From Raphidiopsis brookii D9 (GTDB taxonomy: Bacteria; Cyanobacteriota; Cyanobacteriia; Cyanobacteriales; Nostocaceae), in NCBI GenBank assembly GCA_000175855.1, contig ACYB01000038.1:94243-126242 (forward strand): a stretch of DNA of 32,000 bases, read 5' to 3'. The position numbers and the translations under genes are program-made. A model generated the notes under the pieces. That model searched no databases. It saw nothing but the letters and a program-made list of their open reading frames with translations, and was not told the DNA's origin. Shown here in pieces: positions 1 to 7,205 of this stretch (position 1 is its first letter; each line of letters begins with the position of its first letter).

Positions 1-2
1 CG

Positions 3-209
3 ACTTTAACAGTGGGAGGTGGCATTGTAGTAGCTGGTGTGTTGTCCTTGTTTTCGCCTAGACAACGTCCCTCTCGCACTGTGCAGGTAATTCACCCTTA
101 TCATGGAGTAACAACACCCCTGGGAACCATGCGACGGGCGGAGTTTTTACCACCCTCTCACGCTGAAAGCAGAAGGGTAGAAACAGCGGAATACGACGAA
201 TTACATTAG
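3..209 (+). CDS. 3' end of an unidentified gene that begins upstream of the window (partial)
   Basis: The frame is open from the window edge (codons from nt 3: T L T V G G G I V V A G V L S L F...) to TAG at 207-209. It has a hydrophobic stretch followed by a charged tail. No recognisable family. Confidence 0.3.
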   Translation, partial: TLTVGGGIVVAGVLSLFSPRQRPSRTVQVIHPYHGVTTPLGTMRRAEFLPPSHAESRRVETAEYDELH

Positions 210-224
210 AAGTGTAACACAGGG

Positions 225-2063
225 TTATCTACTACTGATCGGTTTTGGAGTTGGTATGGGGTTGTGGGTTTGACCCGGTAAAACCTGTTGGGCAACCTTT
301 TGAGCTGCTTGTTTAAACAATGGTTCTAGTTTATCTTGCCAGTATTTAATATTAGGCAACTTTTCTGGTTCGTTGCGATAGGCCAAGACCTTTTCCCATT
401 GTCCGCTGTCAACAGCACGATTAATTTCATTAGCCAAAGTCTCAGCTTTGGCCCAGTCTTGTTGCCATTGGTCAATTATCTTCAATTGCTGACCATTAGA
501 AGTGGTTTTTTGGGGAGCGGATTTCAGTTGAGCTATTGCTCCCTTCACATCCCCTGACTGGAATTTTTGTCGAGCTTGTAGAACGATTGGATCTTGAGAC
601 TCTGTATCAGCAGATTGAGACAAGAATGGGGATGGAGGGGTAGTAGGAGATAACTGAGGTTTAGGCACTATTCGAGATGTAATTAAAGGTAAATCATCAA
701 CGATTTGAAGAGAAACACCCTGGTCTCGCAGACAAGAGACCCATTGGTCATTGTTAGTAATCACATCGGAATGAGCCCAGGCCAAACGACCAGATTTAAG
801 TTTAACTTCTATCCAACCACGCTTAGTTCTTTTTCCGGTAACAATAAACTCACTAGGATCACCAATACTCTTTAAAATATTATCAGAACTAATGGCGCTA
901 GGTTGGGAGCGCACATTAGAATTTGGTGCTACCATGGCCAAACAATTTTCTGGAGATGTGCCATTCTTATCCTTCCAATTAGCAGTCAAGGTTTGAATGT
1001 TGGGATATAAATTGCCTACTAAAGCTGCTGCACCACCGACCAAAAATAAACCAATTACCAGTGGTAAGAGATCTGGTTTTTGTTCCTGTTTAGGAGCAGA
1101 TACTAGGGGAGGAGTGTGAACAGGTGCCAAAGCTAAGGTAGGTTGTGGAAACAATGAAACAGATTGATTATGGGCTTTTATGGGTAATTTTTTTCCACTG
1201 GGTGTGGGAGATAGGGAGTAACCGAAGGATTTAGCATATTCTTTTATAAACTCTCGACAAACTTCTAATACTTCTGTTGCCGTTTGATAACGTTCCTTGA
1301 AGTGATAACGCACCATTTTGCTGAGAATTTCCCCCAGACGGGAATTGACAGGTCGAAAATGTTGCCAGAGAATTTCACCGGTATCCGGATCCTCTGGAAA
1401 CTGATTAGCAGCTATTCCTGTTAAAGCTTGAATAGCAATGATACCCAAAGCATAAATATCACTACTTGGGCGAGGTTTACCCTGTCCTTGCTCAGTAGGC
1501 ATATAACCAGGAGTGCCAACAATTATAGTGGGATTTAATTGATGTTCTGAAAGAACAGAAGGACAACGTACTTGTTTGACAGCTCCAAAATCCACAAGCA
1601 CCAGTTTGTAATCATCCACACGACGAATCAGATTGTCAGGTTTTATATCCCGGTGAATCACCCCCTGCTGATGGACAAATTCCAAAACTTCTAAGATTTC
1701 CAAGAGGAATTGTATGACTTGGTTTTCACCCCATGGTTGTCCGGGTATAAGTTCCATTGTCAGGGTATGACCATCAATGTATTCCTGAACCAGGAAAAAT
1801 TCCTGATTTTCATCAAAATAAGCCAGTAACCGAGGTATTTGATCATGATTACCCAATTTTTCCAAGGTTTCAGCTTCATTATTAAACAGACGTTTAGCAG
1901 TTGTAAAAATATGCTTGTCATTACTAACCAGTTTTAGATGTTTAACAACACAAATAGGATTACCAGGTCGCCGAGTATCTTGAGCGATGTAGGTTTGACT
2001 AAATCCCCCAGTTGCTAAAACACGCACAACTTTATATCTATGGTCTAGTAGTTTGCCTATCAT
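225..2063 (-). CDS. Membrane-spanning Hanks-type Ser/Thr protein kinase with an extracytoplasmic SH3b-like domain
   Basis: 612-aa ORF. Kinase motifs are a Gly-loop LATGGFSQTY, VVKHL (VAIK-like Lys), catalytic loop HRDIKPDNLI, DFG (VDFGAVK) and GTPGYMPTEQ. One TM helix is present (LLPLVIGLFLVGGAAALVGNLY). An SH3b-like segment follows (NVRSQPS...GWIEVKLKSGRLAWAHSDVI). Confidence 0.9.
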   Translation of the reverse strand: MIGKLLDHRYKVVRVLATGGFSQTYIAQDTRRPGNPICVVKHLKLVSNDKHIFTTAKRLFNNEAETLEKLGNHDQIPRLLAYFDENQEFFLVQEYIDGHTLTMELIPGQPWGENQVIQFLLEILEVLEFVHQQGVIHRDIKPDNLIRRVDDYKLVLVDFGAVKQVRCPSVLSEHQLNPTIIVGTPGYMPTEQGQGKPRPSSDIYALGIIAIQALTGIAANQFPEDPDTGEILWQHFRPVNSRLGEILSKMVRYHFKERYQTATEVLEVCREFIKEYAKSFGYSLSPTPSGKKLPIKAHNQSVSLFPQPTLALAPVHTPPLVSAPKQEQKPDLLPLVIGLFLVGGAAALVGNLYPNIQTLTANWKDKNGTSPENCLAMVAPNSNVRSQPSAISSDNILKSIGDPSEFIVTGKRTKRGWIEVKLKSGRLAWAHSDVITNNDQWVSCLRDQGVSLQIVDDLPLITSRIVPKPQLSPTTPPSPFLSQSADTESQDPIVLQARQKFQSGDVKGAIAQLKSAPQKTTSNGQQLKIIDQWQQDWAKAETLANEINRAVDSGQWEKVLAYRNEPEKLPNIKYWQDKLEPLFKQAAQKVAQQVLPGQTHNPIPTPKPISSR

Positions 2064-2241
2064 GATTTATTCCCCGGTTCCATACTTAATCTTGTAATTT
2101 TGCCTAGTCAATATCTCCAAATTTTCTGTCCTAATATCCGCTATGTTGAGAAAAGATTTAGACTAAAGTGGCAGTTTTTTCGATTAAACTCAAAAATTGT
2201 CAATGCGTAGGTCCTAGTTTTTTGAATTATTTTTAAAAAAA

Positions 2242-2730
2242 ATGCCACCTAATATCCCCAATTCTACTATATGGCAACAAGCGGAAATTCTCATGCAACC
2301 AGCTTTTATCCGCATTGTTGATAATATTCGTAAACATCTAGATATATCCAAGTGGAAAGGAAGTTACCACGATGTACTGATTTGGCCAGCAGGTACAACG
2401 GATGGAACTAAATCTATTGTGATCCAGTTATTGGAGGATTCGAAAAACGCCACAGCGGAAGATTTACTAGCTATTAAGCAAAAACTGGCTCTTTTACCCA
2501 TCCCCCATCCGGGATATCATTTGCGTTTGCAATATCAAGAACAGGTGGTGAATATGGATTTGTGGGATTTATGTTATCAGGTTTGTTTTGTGGATTATAG
2601 TCCTGAAAATGTCCTAGTTGACATTGATACTAATTTATTAGATGAATTTGGGGAGGTAGATTGGCAATATTTAGAGAGTAAGACCAAGGGGTTAGTGCAA
2701 AGAATTTTTGATAACCTAATAGAAAGTTGA
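2242..2730 (+). CDS. Hypothetical protein (162 aa), divergent from the kinase gene
   Basis: Clean ORF with native-looking composition, and no competing ORF in the track on the opposite strand. I recognise no family motif. Confidence 0.55.
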   Translation: MPPNIPNSTIWQQAEILMQPAFIRIVDNIRKHLDISKWKGSYHDVLIWPAGTTDGTKSIVIQLLEDSKNATAEDLLAIKQKLALLPIPHPGYHLRLQYQEQVVNMDLWDLCYQVCFVDYSPENVLVDIDTNLLDEFGEVDWQYLESKTKGLVQRIFDNLIES

Positions 2731-2976
2731 CTCTCCCCCACGCACAGTGTCCAGGTAGTGCATTGACTGTTATAGCTTTTTTAGTATCCCTACAGCATAG
2801 TCCCAAATACTAATGTAGGGGATATACACATACACAATAGTTCACCGGTTCTCAGCGATTTTTTCCATGCTCCGGTTTGGGTAATTAATGACTGGTTCAC
2901 AATTTGTTTGGTTCAGCTTGCATGAAAATCCCCGTTGTGCATAAAATTACAATGAACCTAATTGGGAATTTCACAA

Positions 2977-4218
2977 ATGTGGCAAGTAATAAAAGACATA
3001 ATTGAAAAATTGCAAAGTTGGTGGGGTGGATTGAGAGATCATATTTTCGGGAAAGAACCAGATATTATAGATGATGGTGGTGATGGGGACGGAGAGGAAT
3101 CCGAAACAGGAGGTTCTGGAGAAAAAATTCCAATAATCGACGACTTCGATTATGGCCCTATTATTGATCGTCTTCCTCCAACAAAGATCTTCCCGAAAGA
3201 AATTTTATTTGAGCATCCCAGTGATAAAATTGATTCGCTCCAGAAAAAAGTTTTAGAAATTTTATTTTCTCGATTCAACTTATCAGCAAAAGAGGGTGAT
3301 AATTATGTTGCCTATTTTCCGTCTCGGTTGCTTTCTTATATTAAACAAAAAGATGCCTTTTTTGCCTTTAGGCAATTTCTTAATGACATCGGCACAACAC
3401 CCGATGAAGTTTTTAAAAACCGAGAAATAGCAAATTTTGTCAAAGAGGCAATTTTGGGGCTTTATGAAGCTGATGTCAACCGTTGGGATACTCCCCTTTC
3501 TACTGAACCTCTGTATCAAAAACTAAAACAATCCATTAATTGCCATAACTTAGATGACTTTATTAACCTGCTAAATAAACTGGAAAAATTTGCCATTCTT
3601 GCCCACCAAATAGAAAGATTGATCGGTAAAATTCCCTTTCACGAGTTTGACCAATTTTCCCAGGAAGTAAAATCTCAATTAAAAGAATGGCATACTATAC
3701 CGGAAAAAACTGTTAATCAGTGGAAGAATTCACTGAACAAATATGAAAGCCAATCTACAAATTACCAAAATCTTTGTAAGCAAATTTCTCAAGATTTTCT
3801 GCGAGTAGAATCATTGTCCCTAACATCGGAACAAACTATCGTTATTGAATATTTATTAAAGGAAGTAGAGCAACTTAAAAAACTACTGCAAGTTGGACCA
3901 GTTGAACTCGATGATGGGATAGAACAACTGGAAATTTTAGCCGATGAAATCAAGGGATTTGTTGATGAAGTTTCATATCGTCATAGAGAGGCCGAAAGTT
4001 CGAGAACAGAAGATGTTCCACCCAAAAATAATAAATTATCCCTGGATGAGGCATTAATACTACTCAGTCTAACCCTAGAAACACTCACACTCCAATCACT
4101 CAAAACATCACGCAATAGATATGCCAGAATTCATCACCCTGATATAGGTGGAGATGAAAAAATGATGAAAAAAATTAATCAGGCCTACGAAATCTTGAAG
4201 GAGTACTTAGAAATCTGA
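2977..4218 (+). CDS. Orphan protein with a C-terminal J-domain (DnaJ-like, HPD motif)
   Basis: The ORF is open from TTG 2962. The first ATG is at 2977 (MWQVIKDII...). The C-terminus reads LSLDEALILLSL...LKTSRNRYARIHHPDIGGDEKMMKKINQAYEILKEYL, which matches J-domain helices I-III with HPD at nt 4135-4143. The N-terminal part has an acidic Gly/Asp linker (DDGGDGDGEESETGGSGE) and a long helical region with no family I recognise. Confidence 0.8.
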   Translation: MWQVIKDIIEKLQSWWGGLRDHIFGKEPDIIDDGGDGDGEESETGGSGEKIPIIDDFDYGPIIDRLPPTKIFPKEILFEHPSDKIDSLQKKVLEILFSRFNLSAKEGDNYVAYFPSRLLSYIKQKDAFFAFRQFLNDIGTTPDEVFKNREIANFVKEAILGLYEADVNRWDTPLSTEPLYQKLKQSINCHNLDDFINLLNKLEKFAILAHQIERLIGKIPFHEFDQFSQEVKSQLKEWHTIPEKTVNQWKNSLNKYESQSTNYQNLCKQISQDFLRVESLSLTSEQTIVIEYLLKEVEQLKKLLQVGPVELDDGIEQLEILADEIKGFVDEVSYRHREAESSRTEDVPPKNNKLSLDEALILLSLTLETLTLQSLKTSRNRYARIHHPDIGGDEKMMKKINQAYEILKEYLEI

Positions 4219-4352
4219 AGTAAAAATAACTAACCGGATAGATCTTCATTTACGGATCTTCTTTACAAATCTTAATATACTTTGCTACTAGCAAGTTTTA
4301 GGATTGATTAGAATAAAAAAAATACGTATTATTCCCTACTACTTACACCCCA

Positions 4353-5102
4353 ATGCGCCAGGAACCGATTAAAAATCCTCCGGATCATCTCAAGACTCAG
4401 GATCACCAGTCACTGAAACCACAACGCGAACTGAGAAATTATGATGATCTAATCAAACAATATGCTAAGCCAACCCGAATTATAGGTCTGGTAGATGCAA
4501 CGGGTTCAATGAAACCATTGTGGGACAAAACAGTACAGAGTATTCAAGAACTGATCCGTCGAATCCTGGAAACGGGAAAAATTGAGCTTTCTTGGGTTGC
4601 TTACCGAGATTATTGCGATCATCACAGAATTATTGAACAAAGTAATTGGAGCGACTCGGTTGAATATCTCAAAACCTTTATGGCAAAAATCGTCTGTAAT
4701 GGTGGTGGAGACTTTCCTGAAGCTGTGGAAAAAGCCTTAGAGGTTGCAATTAATGAGTCTGAGGTTTCTAGGGTTATCCTCATTGGTGATGCACCTCCTC
4801 ATGCGGATAAAGATTACCGAAGTAAGGCAATTCAACTAGGGAAACTTAACAGGCCTGTTTTTAGCTTTGTTGTTGGCAATCACACCGACACGAAAAGAAC
4901 CTTCGGAGAAATTTCAGATCTTTCGCGTGGAGTTTCTTTTAACCTAGAAAATGAGGATGATATTTTGGATTTAATTGCAGTTACTGTTATAGATCAAATT
5001 GGGGGTCAAAAGTCTTTAGGTAAATATTTAGATGCTTATGGCTCTAAGTTATCTCCCAGCGTCAAAAACTTTATTCAACAACTTCCTCCAAGCAAAAAGT
5101 AG
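4353..5102 (+). CDS. Cytoplasmic von Willebrand factor A (vWA) domain protein with a MIDAS-like site
   Basis: 249-aa ORF. IIGLVDATGSM is a DxTGS variant of the DxSxS MIDAS motif. The beta-alpha pattern SWVAYRDYCD...NGGGDFPEAVEKAL...RVILIGDAPPH includes the second MIDAS Asp. No signal peptide or TM helix is visible. Confidence 0.8.
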   Translation: MRQEPIKNPPDHLKTQDHQSLKPQRELRNYDDLIKQYAKPTRIIGLVDATGSMKPLWDKTVQSIQELIRRILETGKIELSWVAYRDYCDHHRIIEQSNWSDSVEYLKTFMAKIVCNGGGDFPEAVEKALEVAINESEVSRVILIGDAPPHADKDYRSKAIQLGKLNRPVFSFVVGNHTDTKRTFGEISDLSRGVSFNLENEDDILDLIAVTVIDQIGGQKSLGKYLDAYGSKLSPSVKNFIQQLPPSKK

Positions 5103-5112
5103 AAAGCAGATT

Positions 5113-6066
5113 ATGAGCTTGATCAAAATCTTTAAAATAGTCTATTTAGTTGGCATAGTTTTGTCGGGAGTGTTGACATTTGTTTCCTCTGACAAGAACA
5201 ATACCGAAATTAGTAAATTAGTCTGGTTAGTTGGTGTGAGTCATGTTTTCGTACTAGCCATGATAGGTTTTAGGATGGAAAGATCTAAAGATAAAGCTGC
5301 TGCTGGACTGAGAGTACAGACATCAGGTTATCTGCATACGTTGATAGGATTCAGTGGTGCTTTATTTCAACTAGATCCCCAAAATTTATTGGCAACCATT
5401 GTGGTTCCTTTAAGTTACGCCCTATTCACCAGTATTATCGGTTGGTTTTTTGGTGGAGAATTAGTAAATGAATTCGATGGGGGAGGAGCGGTAGATATTG
5501 GCAATGAAGGAGAGCGAATTGCCCAAGAGTTTCACATTTTTGCGGAGAACCTTGGCCGAGAATTTCAGAGTTTTGCAGATAGCTTGAGTGCAATTCACGA
5601 GCAATACAGTCGCAAAATAGAAGATGCTTCAAACTCTTTTGAAAGTCAGCTACAAAAAGTAGGAGCAGCTTATAAAGGAATGGTGGATACACAGGAAGTT
5701 CAATTTGATAGATTGAGCAAAAAACAGCTTGATTTATTGGCTCAATTAGAAGATTATCAAAAAAGGTTCATAGATAGTCAGAATAGCTGTTACGGTAAAA
5801 TGGATAATGCTATTCAGGAGTCTATTAATTCATCGGATAAATTAAACGCCAGTGTTGATGCTTTGACTAGTGCTTTATCCACAAAGGAACTATTCTCCAT
5901 AACTAGCAATTTTGTATACCTAAGTGAACAGACAAAAGTAGCATCAGATAATATGGAACAAGTGGCAACTACATCTAAAAATGTCGCTAAATACTTGGAG
6001 GAGAGTAAAATTTTAATCGACCAACTGGAAAAGTTATTAAGTTCAATTAACTCTTATCGGAGGTAA
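5113..6066 (+). CDS. MotA/ExbB/TolQ-like 4-TM channel subunit with a long helical cytoplasmic tail (ZorA-like architecture)
   Basis: ATG 5113 lies 10 nt after the vWA stop, so the 5032 start in the ORF track would overlap the vWA gene. Four hydrophobic helices fall in aa 1-115. The last pair, LHTLIGFSGALFQL...PLSYALFTSIIGWFFGG, resembles the conserved GLLGTVxG...A(L)xTTxxG(L) signature of MotA/TolQ/ExbB TM3-TM4. About 200 aa of heptad-like helical sequence rich in Q/E/K/S follows. Confidence 0.65.
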   Translation: MSLIKIFKIVYLVGIVLSGVLTFVSSDKNNTEISKLVWLVGVSHVFVLAMIGFRMERSKDKAAAGLRVQTSGYLHTLIGFSGALFQLDPQNLLATIVVPLSYALFTSIIGWFFGGELVNEFDGGGAVDIGNEGERIAQEFHIFAENLGREFQSFADSLSAIHEQYSRKIEDASNSFESQLQKVGAAYKGMVDTQEVQFDRLSKKQLDLLAQLEDYQKRFIDSQNSCYGKMDNAIQESINSSDKLNASVDALTSALSTKELFSITSNFVYLSEQTKVASDNMEQVATTSKNVAKYLEESKILIDQLEKLLSSINSYRR

Positions 6067-6072
6067 AGACTA

Positions 6073-6693
6073 ATGCAAATTAGAAGCAATATGGAACAAG
6101 CAGAGATTTTTGTTTTTATCGCTTCCTTCTTTCTGATTGCTCTTGGTTTTAAGGAACCAGATGGGCCAGTCAAAAAGCCGTCTGAACATCCACCAATCAT
6201 TCTATTTCCTGAATCTTCCAGGTATAACTTTCGTTCAGGTCGTGCTGAATTAAGTTCGGAATTTAGGGATCATATTCGCACTAAACTGAAACCAAAAATT
6301 TTGGAAGTTGTCAAACAATACAAGGATATTGACGCTATTGAGGTGATTGGTCATACTGATGGCAGGCCAATTAATAGTGTTGAACAATCCATCTCAAGTC
6401 ACAATAGCAATTTGGATAATAATTTAGAGAGGGTTAATCTAGGCAAATTATCTGTATCCAGATTGCAACCTGGCTCTAATACCGATTTAGGTATTATGAG
6501 AGCTTTGGCTGTTGTCCAGGAACTGAAACAATCCGGAGGGGGAATTTCAAAACTCAATCTCCGTGCCTATTCTGCAGGACAGTTATTATTGGAAGATGGT
6601 CAACCAGCACCAATAGATACAACAGATAACCCTGAAAGAAGACGAATAGAAATTCGTTTCACAAAATTGGGTCGTACTCAGGTTTTTAAATAG
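6073..6693 (+). CDS. MotB-like protein: N-terminal TM anchor plus OmpA-type peptidoglycan-binding domain
   Basis: GGAGG (6059-6063) sits 9 nt upstream of ATG 6073 and abuts the upstream stop codon (TAA 6064-6066). One TM helix is present (IFVFIASFFLIALGF). OmpA_C-like motifs are IEVIGHTDGRPIN, NTDLGIMRALAVVQEL, AYSAGQ and NPERRRIEIRF. Confidence 0.8.
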   Translation: MQIRSNMEQAEIFVFIASFFLIALGFKEPDGPVKKPSEHPPIILFPESSRYNFRSGRAELSSEFRDHIRTKLKPKILEVVKQYKDIDAIEVIGHTDGRPINSVEQSISSHNSNLDNNLERVNLGKLSVSRLQPGSNTDLGIMRALAVVQELKQSGGGISKLNLRAYSAGQLLLEDGQPAPIDTTDNPERRRIEIRFTKLGRTQVFK

Positions 6694-7168
6694 GGGTTCC
6701 TATTGGAAAATTTCGTTTTAAGAATTTCGTTTTACTTTGGCGATCGCATGATTTGCGCCATACAAAAAACCAACTGGCGATCGCTCTTTTAATTTCAAAT
6801 AACTTCACATAGCAAAATGGAAAATTATGAGTTTTAGACCACCATATAAATATGTCTAATACGGGAATTAGCTCTTAAGTTACCTAATTTTTTTAGTCTT
6901 GTCAAGCAGGATATTCTTGTGTTCTTGCAAGTTCTCGTTAATAAGTAGCAAAATCTACTAAATATATTATGACATGATTATAGTTACTAAAATAGTTGCT
7001 TAAATGGGACAAAGGCAAAAAAGATGATCTTACCTGTCAACATTATGAGTTAGGATAGAAAATTAGCATTTCTTTGATGAAATATCCCTATTAAATTGTT
7101 GATTGTTGGGATTTTATGGACAAAAGTCCACCAGATGGCAGTAGTATCCTCTCCTAAGTTGGGGACAT

Positions 7169-7191
7169 TGTCTCCCGCTGTAGGGGAGACA
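7169..7191 (+). promoter_or_regulatory. Stable hairpin in the mgtE 5' leader, just upstream of the Shine-Dalgarno sequence
   Basis: TGTCTCCC-gctgtag-GGGAGACA is an 8-bp perfect stem with a 7-nt loop. AAGGAGG (7193-7199) and the GTG start at 7206 follow. Confidence 0.45.
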
Positions 7192-7205
7192 TAAGGAGGT
7201 GAATC

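Noticed and set aside
225-5102. Calling the kinase plus the vWA protein a TerY-P triad.
   Set aside because: No PP2C phosphatase gene is present. The kinase is on the opposite strand and is separated from the vWA gene by two other genes. Its composition differs from that of the cluster.
5032-5112. An upstream ATG at 5032 would extend the MotA-like protein by 27 aa.
   Set aside because: It would overlap the last 71 nt of the vWA gene in another frame, and the added residues look non-native. ATG 5113 lies just after the vWA stop and begins directly with the first TM helix.
2961-6715. Possible att-like direct repeats flanking the cluster: ATTGGGAATTTC at 2961-2972 and ATTGGAAAATTTC at 6702-6714.
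   Set aside because: They are short, imperfect and AT-rich. The first copy overlaps the candidate TTG start of the cluster's first gene rather than lying outside it. No integrase or tRNA target is nearby.
6738-6790. The paired HIP1-containing sequences after the MotB-like gene, as its terminator.
   Set aside because: The only stem available (TGGCG...CGCCA) is 5 bp with a 13-nt loop, and it is followed by an A-run rather than a T-run. The second HIP1 site has no loop. Neither makes a convincing terminator.
6980-7205. An M-box (ykoK) Mg riboswitch upstream of mgtE.
   Set aside because: There are only vague resemblances (GUUAGGAUAG versus the GUUAGGUGAGGC I recall). I could not lay the conserved M-box helices onto the sequence. 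I have left this as an open leader observation rather than a call.
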